The notes under the pieces are model-generated. The model did not search any database, had not been told where the DNA came from, and worked only from the letters and a program-made list of their open reading frames with translations. Below are positions 13,395-27,143 of a stretch of 64,000 nucleotides of DNA, piece after piece. Source of the DNA: Eledone cirrhosa (Eukaryota). Each line of letters begins with the position of its first letter. Position 1 is the stretch's first letter. The stretch spans positions 82,708,001-82,772,000 of the forward strand of contig OZ024741.1 of assembly GCA_964016885.1 (NCBI GenBank), given 5' to 3'. The translations under genes and the position numbers were made by a program.

Positions 13395-16300
13395 TATATA
13401 TTCTATAAGTCTCTAGCTGTGTCATTCTCGATAAAAGCACTGGATATGTAGTCCTGATGAATTCTAACAAGAATGAAACGCGTAGATTACTTCCCTTGCT
13501 TTTATCGAGAATCTAATTGTAATACGTGACGTATTCTATTCTATAGCGATTAGGTCTTCAAAATGTTTATTATAAACATACAGAATATTTTCGAATATTC
13601 TATGTCTATATTCATATATATATCGCTATTTCAGAGCATTTATTCCAATTTCTAATTTCTGCCGGACCGGCAACCGCTCTTTCAAACCAGTTCCTGTACA
13701 CAGCTAAGTATTCTATAAGTCTCTAGCTGTGTCATTCTCGATAAAAGCACTGGATATGTAGTCCTGATGAATTCTAACAAGAATGAAACGCGTAGATTAC
13801 TTCCCTTGCTTTTATCGAGAATCTAATTGTAATACGTGACGTATTCTATTCTATAGCGATTAGGTCTTCAAAATGTTTATTATAAACATACAGAATATTT
13901 TCGAATATTCTATGTCTATATTCATATATATATCGCTATTTCAGAGCATTTATTCCAATTTCTAATTTCTGCCGGACCGGCAACCGCTCTTTCAAACCAG
14001 TTCCTGTACACAGCTAAGTATTCTATAAGTCTCTAGCTGTGTCATTCTCGATAAAAGCACTGGATATGTAGTCCTGATGAATTCTAACAAGAATGAAACG
14101 CGTAGATTACTTCCCTTGCTTTTATCGAGAATCTAATTGTAATACGTGACGTATTCTATTCTATAGCGATTAGGTCTTCAAAATGTTTATTATAAACATA
14201 CAGAATATTTTCGAATATTCTATGTCTATATTCATATATATATCGCTATTTCAGAGCATTTATTCCAATTTCTAATTTCTGCCGGACCGGCAACCGCTCT
14301 TTCAAACCAGTTCCTGTACACAGCTAAGTATTCTATAAGTCTCTAGCTGTGTCATTCTCGATAAAAGCACTGGATATGTAGTCCTGATGAATTCTAACAA
14401 GAATGAAACGCGTAGATTACTTCCCTTGCTTTTATCGAGAATCTAATTGTAATACGTGACGTATTCTATTCTATAGCGATTAGGTCTTCAAAATGTTTAT
14501 TATAAACATACAGAATATTTTCGAATATTCTATGTCTATATTCATATATATATCGCTATTTCAGAGCATTTATTCCAATTTCTAATTTCTGCCGGACCGG
14601 CAACCGCTCTTTCAAACCAGTTCCTGTACACAGCTAAGTATTCTATAAGTCTCTAGCTGTGTCATTCTCGATAAAAGCACTGGATATGTAGTCCTGATGA
14701 ATTCTAACAAGAATGAAACGCGTAGATTACTTCCCTTGCTTTTATCGAGAATCTAATTGTAATACGTGACGTATTCTATTCTATAGCGATTAGGTCTTCA
14801 AAATGTTTATTATAAACATACAGAATATTTTCGAATATTCTATGTCTATATTCATATATATATCGCTATTTCAGAGCATTTATTCCAATTTCTAATTTCT
14901 GCCGGACCGGCAACCGCTCTTTCAAACCAGTTCCTGTACACAGCTAAGTATTCTATAAGTCTCTAGCTGTGTCATTCTCGATAAAAGCACTGGATATGTA
15001 GTCCTGATGAATTCTAACAAGAATGAAACGCGTAGATTACTTCCCTTGCTTTTATCGAGAATCTAATTGTAATACGTGACGTATTCTATTCTATAGCGAT
15101 TAGGTCTTCAAAATGTTTATTATAAACATACAGAATATTTTCGAATATTCTATGTCTATATTCATATATATATCGCTATTTCAGAGCATTTATTCCAATT
15201 TCTAATTTCTGCCGGACCGGCAACCGCTCTTTCAAACCAGTTCCTGTACACAGCTAAGTATTCTATAAGTCTCTAGCTGTGTCATTCTCGATAAAAGCAC
15301 TGGATATGTAGTCCTGATGAATTCTAACAAGAATGAAACGCGTAGATTACTTCCCTTGCTTTTATCGAGAATCTAATTGTAATACGTGACGTATTCTATT
15401 CTATAGCGATTAGGTCTTCAAAATGTTTATTATAAACATACAGAATATTTTCGAATATTCTATGTCTATATTCATATATATATCGCTATTTCAGAGCATT
15501 TATTCCAATTTCTAATTTCTGCCGGACCGGCAACCGCTCTTTCAAACCAGTTCCTGTACACAGCTAAGTATTCTATAAGTCTCTAGCTGTGTCATTCTCG
15601 ATAAAAGCACTGGATATGTAGTCCTGATGAATTCTAACAAGAATGAAACGCGTAGATTACTTCCCTTGCTTTTATCGAGAATCTAATTGTAATACGTGAC
15701 GTATTCTATTCTATAGCGATTAGGTCTTCAAAATGTTTATTATAAACATACAGAATATTTTCGAATATTCTATGTCTATATTCATATATATATCGCTATT
15801 TCAGAGCATTTATTCCAATTTCTAATTTCTGCCGGACCGGCAACCGCTCTTTCAAACCAGTTCCTGTACACAGCTAAGTATTCTATAAGTCTCTAGCTGT
15901 GTCATTCTCGATAAAAGCACTGGATATGTAGTCCTGATGAATTCTAACAAGAATGAAACGCGTAGATTACTTCCCTTGCTTTTATCGAGAATCTAATTGT
16001 AATACGTGACGTATTCTATTCTATAGCGATTAGGTCTTCAAAATGTTTATTATAAACATACAGAATATTTTCGAATATTCTATGTCTATATTCATATATA
16101 TATCGCTATTTCAGAGCATTTATTCCAATTTCTAATTTCTGCCGGACCGGCAACCGCTCTTTCAAACCAGTTCCTGTACACAGCTAAGTATTCTATAAGT
16201 CTCTAGCTGTGTCATTCTCGATAAAAGCACTGGATATGTAGTCCTGATGAATTCTAACAAGAATGAAACGCGTAGATTACTTCCCTTGCTTTTATCGAGA

Positions 16301-16439
16301 ATCTAATTGTAATACGTGACGTATTCTATTCTATAGCGATTAGGTCTTCAAAATGTTTATTATAAACATACAGAATATTTTCGAATATTCTATGTCTATA
16401 TTCATATATATATCGCTATTTCAGAGCATTTATTCCAAT
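13395..16439 (+). repeat. Tandem array of the same 310-bp unit in inverted orientation, ~9.8 copies
   Basis: ctctagctgt recurs at 13411, 13721 ... 16201; it is the reverse complement of the left array. Confidence 0.95.
13448..13490 (+). ncRNA. Minimal type I hammerhead ribozyme (representative of 16 copies)
   Basis: gtagtc-CTGATGA-attct-aaca-agaat-GAAA-cgcg-TA-gattac: intact core, 5-bp stem II, palindromic CGCG stem III. Confidence 0.92.
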
Positions 16440-16455
16440 ATATATATATATATAA

Positions 16456-16509
<54 letters not shown>

Positions 16510-16516
<7 letters not shown>

Positions 16517-16820
16517 ATGAATTATAAGTAAAGGAAGTCATATAAGTGTTCATTCAATAATAAATTGCTCCGAAGAATCCAAACCTCGGTTTGGAGGAAA
16601 CAGTTGTAAGCATAAACATGTTTTGAACAGTTCTTTGATTCTTATGATTCATATAACTGCTCTGTAAATCATCTGATGTTATTACATTGAGGTATTTAAC
16701 TTACTGGTAATAAGATAGTAGTATATTACTGCCTACCACTATTTAGGGTTTATAAAAATATATATAACTACAAAAGGTTTTTGTATTTGCATAACCATAA
16801 ATGGTATAATCAATACTATA
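16510..16820 (+). mobile_element. Solo 3'-end fragment of the PLE family at 27140-32180, with a variant hammerhead at 16566-16612
   Basis: Homologous to the reverse complement of 27140-27430; tgct-CCGAAGA-a-tccaaac-ctcg-gtttgga-g-GAAA-cagttg-TA-agca. Confidence 0.8.
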
Positions 16821-16856
16821 TATATATATGTAAATTTATATATATATATATATATA

Positions 16857-19800
16857 TAAACGGAAAAATATGAAACGATATTTCATTTCCCACTCTTAGT
16901 ACGGCTGTTACTTAAATATAAGTATGTACACGTACATACATATATGTATACCGACGTACAGTAGTATGTATATATATATATACATACATGCACACATATA
17001 TATATATGCACGTATGGATTCACCGAACATTTATTATAATGCTCGGTGTGTTTGTAAACAAACATCCCGTATTAAGCCGTAGTGTCTAGCAACCACCGTT
17101 GCTCGTTTGTTCAACACTGACAAAGGAACACTGTACTAGTTTCAAGCTTGTTAGCTATCGTCAGCAACGTATACCTTCCTGCCACATTGTTGAACGTATA
17201 TACTTACCTTATGCATATTAACGGCTGAGTAGCCCAAAATGCATATCGAGTGGGTTAGTCGGCCGGGTGCACCAAAAACGATAAACGGAAAAAAATGAAA
17301 CGATATTTCATTTCCCACTCTTAGTACGGCTGTTACTTAAATATAAGTATGTATACGTACATACATATATGTATACCGACGTACAGTAGTATGTATATAT
17401 ATATGTACATACATGCACACATATATATATGCACGTATGGATTCACCGAACATTTATTATAATGCTCGGTGTGTTTGTAAACAAACATCCCGTATTAAGC
17501 CGTAATGTCTAGCAACCACCGTTGCTCGTTTGTTCAACACTGACAAAGGAACGCTGTACTAGTTTCAAGCTTGTTAGCTATCGTTAGCAACGTATACCTT
17601 CCTGCCACATTGTTGAACGTATATACTTACCTTATGCATATTAACGGCTGAGTAGCCCAATATGCATATCGAGTGGGTTAATCGGCCGGGTGCACCGAAA
17701 ACGATAAACGGAAAAAAATGAAACGATATTTCATTTCCCACTCTTAGTACGGCTGTTACTTAAATATAAGTATGTACACGTACATACATATATGTATACC
17801 GACGTACAGTAGTATGTATATATATATATATACATACATGCACACATATATATATGCACGTATGGATTCACCGAACATTTATTATAATGCTCGGTGTGTT
17901 TGTAAACAAACATCCCGTATTAAGCCGTAGTGTCTAGCAACCACCGTTGCTCGTTTGTTCAACACTGACAAAGGAACGCTGTACTAGTTTCAAGCTTGTT
18001 AGCTAACGTCAGCAACGTATACCTTACTGCCAGATTGTTGAACGTATATACTTACCTTATGCATATTAACGGCTGAGTAGCCCAATAAGCATATCGAGTG
18101 GATTAATCGGCCGGGTGCACCGAAAACGATAAACGAAAAAAAATGAAACGATATTTCATTTCCCACTCTTAGTACGGCTGTTACTTAAATATAAGTATGT
18201 ACACGTACATACATATATGTATACCGACGTACAGTAGTATGTATATATATATATACATACATGCACACATATATATATATGCACGTATGGATTCACCGAA
18301 CATTTATTATAATGCTCGGTGTGTTTCTAAACAAACATTCCGTATTAAGCCGTAGTGTCTAGCAACCACCGTTGCTCGTTTGTTCAACACTGACAAAGGA
18401 ACGCTGTACTAGTTTCAAGCTTGTTAGCTATCGTCAGCAACGTATACCTTCCTGCCACATTGTTGAACGTATATACTTACCTTATGCATATTAACGGCTG
18501 CGTAGCCCAATATGCATATCGAGTGGGTTAATCGGCCGGGTGCACCGAAAACGATAAACGGAAAAAAATGAAACGATATTTCTTTTCCCACTCTTAGTAC
18601 GGCTGTTACTTAAATATAAGTATGTACACGTACATACATATATGTATACCGACGTACAGTAGTATGTATATATATATATACATACATGCACACATATATA
18701 TATGCACGTATGGATTCACCGAACATTTTTTATAATGCTCGGTGTGTTTGTAAACAAACATCCCGTATTAAGCCGTAGTGTCTAGCAACCACCGTTGCTC
18801 GTTTGTTCAACACTGACAAAGGAACGCTGTACTAGTTTCAAGCTTGTTAGCTATCGTCAGCAACGTATACCTTCCTGCCACATTGTTGAACGTATATACT
18901 TACCTTATGCATATTAACGGCTGCGTAGCCCAATATGCATATCGAGTGGGTTAATCGGCCGGGTGCACCGAAAACGATAAACGGAAAAAAATGAAACGAT
19001 ATTTCATTTCCCACTCTTAGTACGGCTGTTACTTAAATATAAGTATGTACACGTACATACATATATGTATACCGACGTACAGTAGTATGTATATATATAT
19101 ATACATACATGCACACATATATATATGCACGTATGGATTCACCGAACATTTTTTATAATGCTCGGTGTGTTTGTAAACAAACATCCCGTATTAAGCCGTA
19201 GTGTCTAGCAACCACCGTTGCTCGTTTGTTCAACACTGACAAAGGAACGCTGTACTAGTTTCAAGCATGTTAGCTATCGTCAGCAACGTATACCTTCCTG
19301 CCAGATTGTTGAACGTATATACTTACCTTATGCATATTAACGGCTGAGTAGCCCAATATGCATATCGAGTGGGTTAATCGGCCGGGTGTACCGAAAACGA
19401 TAAACGGAAAAAAATGAAACGATATTTCATTTCCCACTCTTAGTACGGCTGTTACTTAAATATAAGTATGTACACGTACATACATATATGTATACCGACG
19501 TACAGATATATATATATATATATATATATGCATACATGCACACATATATATATATGCACGTATCGATTCACTGAACGTTTATTATAATGCTCGGTGTGTT
19601 TGTAAACAAACATCCCGTATTAAGCCGTAGTGTCTAGCAACCACCGTTGCTCGTTTGTTCAACACTGACAAAGGAACGCTGTACTAGTTTCAAGCTTGTT
19701 AGCTATCGTTAGCAACGTATACCTTCCTGCCACATTGTTGAACGTATATACTTACCTTATGCATATTAACGGCTGAGTAGCCCAATATGCATATCGAGTG

Positions 19801-22800
19801 GGTTAATCGGCCGGGTGCACCGAAAACGATAAACGGAAAAAAATGAAACGATATTTCATTTCCCACTCTTAGTACGGCTGTTACTTAAATATAAGTATGT
19901 ACACGTACATACATATATGTATACCGACGTACAGTAGTATGTATATATATATATATACATACATGCACACATATATATATGCACGTATGGATTCACCGAA
20001 CATTTATTATAATGCTCGATGTGTTTGTAAACAAACATCCCGTATTAAGCCGTAGTGTCTAGCAACCACCGTTGCTCGTTTGTTCAACACTGACAAAGGA
20101 ACGCTGTACTAGTTTCAAGCTTGTTAGCTATCGTTAGCAACGTATACCTTCCTGCCAGATTGTTGAACGTATATACTTACCTTATGCATATTAACGGCTG
20201 AGTAGCCCAATATACATATCGAGTGGATTAATCGGCCGGGTGCACCGAAAACGATAAACGGAAAAAAAATGAAACGATATTTCATTTCCCACTCTTAGTA
20301 CGGCTGTTACTTAAATATAAGTATGTACACGTACATACATATATGTATACCGACGTACAGTAGTATGTATATATATATATACATACATGCACACATATAT
20401 ATATGCACGTATGGATTCACCGAACATTTATTATAATGCTCGGTGTGTTTGTAAACAAACATCCCGTATTAAGCCGTAGTGTCTAGCACCCACCGTTGCT
20501 CGTTTGTTCAACACTGACAAAGGAACGCTGTACTAGTTTCAAGCTTGTTAGCTATCGTCAGCAACGTATACCTTCCTGCCAGATTGTTGAACGTATATAC
20601 TTATCTTATGCATATTAACGGCTGAGTAGCCCAATATGCATATCGAGTGGGTTAATCGGCTGGGTGTACCGAAAACGATAAACGGAAAGAAATGAAACGA
20701 TATTTCATTTCCCACTCTTAGTACGGCTGTTACTTAAATATAAGTATGTACACGTACATACATATATGTATACCGACGTACAGTAGTATGTATATATATA
20801 TATACATACATGCACACATATATATATATGCACGTATGGATTCACCGAACATTTATTATAATGCTCGGTGTGTTTGTAAACAAACATCCCGTATTAAGCC
20901 GTAGTGTCTAGCAACCACCGTTGCTCGTTTGTTCAACACTGACAAAGGAACGCTGTACTAGTTTCAAGCTTGTTAGCTATCGTCAGCAACGTATACCTTC
21001 CTGCCACATTGTTGAACGTATATACTTACCTTATGCATATTAACGGCTGCGTAGCCCAATATGCATATCGAGTGGGTTAATCGGCCGGGTGCACCGAAAA
21101 CGATAAACGGAAAAAAATGAAACGATATTTCATTTCCCACTCTTAGTACGGCTGTTACTTAAATATAAGTATGTACACGTACATACATATATGTATACCG
21201 ACGTACAGTAGTATGTATATATATATATACATACATGCACACATATATATATGCACGTATGGATTCACCGAACATTTTTTATAATGCTCGGTGTGTTTGT
21301 AAACAAACATCCCGTATTAAGCCGTAGTGTCTAGCAACCACCGTTGCTCGTTTGTTCAACACTGACAAAGGAACGCTGTACTAGTTTCAAGCTTGTTAGC
21401 TATCGTCAGCAACGTATACCTTCCTGCCAGATTGTTGAACGTATATACTTACCTTATGCATATTAACGGCTGAGTAGCCCAATATGCATATCGAGTGGGT
21501 TAATCGGCCGGGTGTACCGAAAACGATAAACGGAAAAAAATGAAACGATATTTCATTTCCCACTCTTAGTACGGCTGTTACTTAAATATAAGTATGTACA
21601 CGTACATACATATATGTATACCGACGTACAGTAGTATGTATATATATATATATACATACATGCACACATATATATATATGCACGTATGGATTCACCGAAC
21701 ATTTATTATAATGCTCGGTGTGTTTGTAAACAAACATCCCGTATTAAGCCGTAGTGTCTAGCAACCACCGTTGCTCGTTTGTTCAACACTGACAAAGGAA
21801 CGCTGTACTAGTTTCAAGCTTGTTAGCTATCGTCAGCAACGTATACCTTCCTGCCACATTGTTGAACGTATATACTTACCTTATGCATATTAACGGCTGC
21901 GTAGCCCAATATGCATATCGAGTGGGTTAATCGGCCGGGTGCACCGAAAACGATAAACGGAAAAAAATGAAACGATATTTCATTTCCCACTCTTAGTACG
22001 GCTGTTACTTAAATATAAGTATGTACACGTACATACATATATGTATACCGACGTACAGTAGTATGTATATATATATATACATACATGCACACATATATAT
22101 ATGCACGTATGGATTCACCGAACATTTTTTATAATGCTCGGTGTGTTTGTAAACAAACATCCCGTATTAAGCCGTAGTGTCTAGCAACCACCGTTGCTCG
22201 TTTGTTCAACACTGACAAAGGAACGCTGTACTAGTTTCAAGCTTGTTAGCTATCGTCAGCAACGTATACCTTCCTGCCAGATTGTTGAACGTATATACTT
22301 ACCTTATGCATATTAACGGCTGAGTAGCCCAATATGCATATCGAGTGGGTTAATCGGCCGGGTGTACCGAAAACGATAAACGGAAAAAAATGAAACGATA
22401 TTTCATTTCCCACTCTTAGTACGGCTGTTACTTAAATATAAGTATGTACACGTACATACATATATGTATACCGACGTACAGTAGTATGTATATATATATA
22501 TATACATACATGCACACATATATATATATGCACGTATGGATTCACCGAACATTTATTATAATGCTCGGTGTGTTTGTAAACAAACATCCCGTATTAAGCC
22601 GTAGTGTCTAGCAACCACCGTTGCTCGTTTGTTCAACACTGACAAAGGAACGCTGTACTAGTTTCAAGCTTGTTAGCTATCGTCAGCAACGTATACCTTC
22701 CTGCCACATTGTTGAACGTATATACTTACCTTATGCATATTAACGGCTGCGTAGCCCAATATGCATATCGAGTGGGTTAATCGGCCGGGTGCACCGAAAA

Positions 22801-24658
22801 CGATAAACGGAAAAAAATGAAACGATATTTCATTTCCCACTCTTAGTACGGCTGTTACTTAAATATAAGTATGTACACGTACATACATATATGTATACCG
22901 ACGTACAGTAGTATGTATATATATATATATACATACATGCACACATATATATATGCACGTATGGATTCACCGAACATTTTTTATAATGCTCGGTGTGTTT
23001 GTAAACAAACATCCCGTATTAAGCCGTAGTGTCTAGCAACCACCGTTGTTCGTTTGTTCAACACTGACAAAGGAACGCTGTACTAGTTTCAAGCTTGTTA
23101 GCTATCGTCAGCAACGTATACCTTCCTGCCAGATTGTTGAACGTATATACTTACCTTATGCATATTAACGGCTGAGTAGCCCAATATGCATATCGAGTGG
23201 GTTAATCGGCCGGGTGTACCGAAAACGATAAACGGAAAAAAATGAAACGATATTTCATTTCCCACTCTTAGTACGGCTGTTACTTAAATATAAGTATGTA
23301 CACGTACATACATATATGTATACCGACGTACAGTAGTATGTATATATATATATACATACATGCACACATATATATATGCACGTATGGATTCACCGAACAT
23401 TTATTATAATGCTCGGTGTGTTTGTAAACAAACATCCCGTATTAAGCCGTAGTGTCTAGCAACCACCGTTGCTCGTTTGTTCAACACTGACAAAGGAACG
23501 CTGTACTAGTTTCAAGCTTGTTAGCTATCGTCAGCAACGTATACCTTCCTGCCAGATTGTTGAACGTATATACTTATCTTATGCATATTAACGGCTGAGT
23601 AGCCCAATATGCATATCGAGTGGGTTAATCGGCCGGGTGTACCGAAAACGATAAACGGAAAGAAATGAAACGATATTTCATTTCCCACTCTTAGTACGGC
23701 TGTTACTTAAATATAAGTATGTACACGTACATACATATATGTATACCGACGTACAGTAGTATGTATATATATATATATACATACATGCACACATATATAT
23801 ATGCACGTATGGATTCACCGAACATTTATTATAATACTCGGTGTGTTTGTAAACAAACATCCCGTATTAAGCCGTAGTGTCTAGCAACCACCGTTGCTCG
23901 TTTGTTCAACACTGACAAAGGAACGCTGTACTAGTTTCAAGCTTGTTAGCTATCGTCAGCAACGTATACCTTCCTGCCAGATTGTTGAACGTATATACTT
24001 ACCTTATGCATATTAACGGCTGAGTAGCCCAATATACATATCGAGTGGATTAATCGGCCGGGTGCACCGAAAACGATAAACGGAAAAAAAATGAAACGAT
24101 ATTTCATTTCCCACTCTTAGTACGGCTGTTACTTAAATATAAGTATGTACACGTACATACATATATGTATACCGACGTACAGTAGTATGTATATATATAT
24201 ATACATACATGCACACATATATATATGCACGTATGGATTCACCGAACATTTATTATAATGCTCGGTGTGTTTGTAAACAAACATCCCGTATTAAGCCGTA
24301 GTGTCTAGCAACCACCGTTGCTCGTTTGTTCAACACTGACAAAGGAACGCTGTACTAGTTTCAAGCTTGTTAGCTATCGTCAGCAACGTATACCTTCCTG
24401 CCAGATTGTTGAACGTATATACTTATCTTATGCATATTAACGGCTGAGTAGCCCAATATGCATATCGAGTGGGTTATCGGCCGGGTGTACCGAAAACGAT
24501 AAACGGAAAGAAATGAAACGATATTTCATTTCCCACTCTTAGTACGGCTGTTACTTAAATATAAGTATGTACACGTACATACATATATGTATACCGACGT
24601 ACAGTAGTATGTATATATATATATACATACATGCACACATATATATATGCACGTATGG

Positions 24659-24660
<2 letters not shown>
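16857..24660 (-). repeat. Tandem array of a ~425-bp hammerhead-containing unit, ~18.4 copies
   Basis: aaacggaaa..aatgaaacgatatttcatttcccactc recurs from 16858 to ~24500 at ~424-426-bp intervals with few substitutions; (TA)n on both sides. Confidence 0.95.
17129..17169 (-). ncRNA. Minimal type I hammerhead ribozyme (representative of 18 copies)
   Basis: Minus-strand consensus cgttg-CTGACGA-t-agct-aaca-agct-t-GAAA-ctag-TA-cagcg; palindromic CTAG stem III. Confidence 0.88.
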
Positions 24661-24722
<62 letters not shown>

Positions 24723-24929
24723 TATCGACGCCACCCCATCTATGGTTCAGCTAACCACCCGACTCCCGGGAATGAATATGACCGCAGCTAGTAAACAAGG
24801 ATCAACACCCCACCCTCCCGCACCAAAATTAGACTTATCGTCCCCTACTTTTGCTCTTTACTCTCTTTACACTTTGTTCTTGAATGTTTGGTTGGTAGAG
24901 TCCATAACACCAATCAAACCCCTTTTATA

Positions 24930-24974
24930 GCTCTGACGAATCCTACGGTTACGTAAGGAAGAAACATTGTAAGC
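24930..24974 (+). ncRNA. Minimal type I hammerhead in a ~300-bp PLE-end-like fragment (24721-25022)
   Basis: gct-CTGACGA-a-tcctacg-gtta-cgtaagga-a-GAAA-cattg-TA-agc; the fragment lies between (TA)n tracts. Confidence 0.72.
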
Positions 24975-25019
24975 CAATAAACATTTTTTGATGTTGTAGA
25001 CGCTCTTCTGTTCTTTATC

Positions 25020-25090
<71 letters not shown>

Positions 25091-25195
25091 GCCCGAAACG
25101 TCTTTCCCCACCCCTTCTCTCAAAAGCGTGCACCTAATAAACTAATATTTGTACTGCGTCTCTGTTTTTGTTCTTGTCTAAGATTTAACTATATA

Positions 25196-25270
<75 letters not shown>

Positions 25271-25329
25271 CATGTATGGGCATGTGTGTATGTATATATA
25301 CATGTTTGGGCATGTGTGTATGTATGTGT

Positions 25330-25640
25330 ATGGAGGTGCATAGTTTTGTCGTTTGCGTATTTGTGTTACGAGCGGAAGATCGTGGGTTTGATTCCCGGAG
25401 CGTGCTGTACATTTCGTCTTTGAGCAAGATGCTATATTTCACCTCGCTCCAATTCACTAAAACAACTGTGTTGAATCTCTAATTTAAGTGGCCATCCTTG
25501 TCACATACTGTGTCATGAGCAATCTCTTTGAAAACTACATTAGGCGTGCAGGTTACTCTTTAATGTTCAACCGCTTCCACGTTACGTTTATGTGCAGGCA
25601 TTTCAATTCATTGAATCAACCCTGTCTCTCGTCATCGGAA
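25330..25640 (+). mobile_element. Degenerate tRNA-derived SINE (second family)
   Basis: B-box-like gggtttgattccc followed by gtctttgagcaagatgctatatttcacctcgctcca, resembling a conserved SINE central domain. Confidence 0.5.
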
Positions 25641-25759
25641 CAGAAGGAACTCTAATAAAGAAAATGTATACATTATCTTTTTCCGTAATTATTATTTTTT
25701 TTGTCTGTTCCAGCTGACCAGTTTTGGTTATGATGAAAAAAATATGTTTATGTGTGGTT

Positions 25760-25866
<107 letters not shown>

Positions 25867-26017
25867 CATGGACATTTTATTAAGTCAACTATCGGGGTCT
25901 AATATTTCTTCAAAAGGAAGGATGGTTGTAGCATCATTTACTTTAGCTTCCGAAGAAAAGGACTATGTAAAAATACACGCTGTATACTGGGATACTGGAT
26001 GTATGCGGACTAGTAAA

Positions 26018-26148
26018 ATAATTGTTTCTACTTATGGCACAAGGCCACCAATGACCCTGTGCATTACTGGTACTTTATTTTATCGACCCCCGTATGGATG
26101 AAAGGCAAAGTTAACCTCGGCGGGATTTGAACTCAGAATGGCAAGGGA
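26018..26148 (-). mobile_element. Truncated tRNA-derived SINE
   Basis: Matches the 3' two-thirds of 34422-34618. Confidence 0.75.
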
Positions 26149-26947
26149 CTAAAATAATGTAATTTTCATAGCTTTAATACATATAATTATAGCACTGATC
26201 AATTAAGATTGACTGAACATTAAAGAGAACAAAAAGAACGAAAGCTTAGAGAAGAAACGACATACTCCTCGAGTACTGCATGTATTTATTCAAATATAAT
26301 CCCCAAATCCAATGATTATTTAAGAAATTTGGAGTGCAACTACTTGGTTTAAATTTAACTGCCAATGTGTAGTAATTTGAGAAAGTATTCTGCCATAGTC
26401 TTAGATCGAGCGATGGCTTCGATTGAAGTTTGGTGAATACCATGCAGAAACCTGACATTGAGTCCATTGCTTTGTTTTCAGTTATTTAAAAGCAGCATCT
26501 CTCGTTTGAGTGCGTTTAGCGATGTCTGCCATATTGCAAATATTCCTAGCGGGTTTCTCCATTGCCTGAAAACCTGAAGAGTGTCTTAGAAACAGCATTT
26601 CTTCCACTGACTAAGACATACAAATTCATGTGTGGCTATATTGATGTGTTCGAAACTCTTATGTAAACACACTTCATGCAGCGTAAACAAAACGACAAGT
26701 TTGCTTAGGGGCAGAAATAACAGAAATATCACTGTTATGTAGTGATTTCTGCCGCAGAATACTAATATGTAGTCTCACTTCTGTGCTGCAAACATTTCTA
26801 TATATAAATGTTATGTTTGAGTTAATAGGTAATCGTATCACATGTGTAAAAGGTGTGTGTGAATGTGCATAAAACAGTATTAGTGTATGAAATGTTATAT
26901 TTTTATATATGAACACGTAATTAAAATTCATTCTTTCTCTCTCTCTC

Positions 26948-27036
<89 letters not shown>

Positions 27037-27105
27037 ATATATATATACAATATATATAAATAGATATATATATATACATACATACACACATATATATATA
27101 TATAT

Positions 27106-27139
<34 letters not shown>

Positions 27140-27143
<4 letters not shown>

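Noticed and set aside
16883-23860. Repeated 60-aa ORFs in the 425-bp array
   Set aside because: They run through TA/CA microsatellite, change frame with tract length and are absent from many units.
11551-24660. CRISPR-like or rDNA-type array
   Set aside because: The units are whole repeats with no unique spacers, no cas genes and no rRNA, 5S or snRNA similarity that I recognise; the context is eukaryotic.
26574-26602. CTGAAGA-gtgtctta-GAAA motif
   Set aside because: No stem II or stem I pairing.
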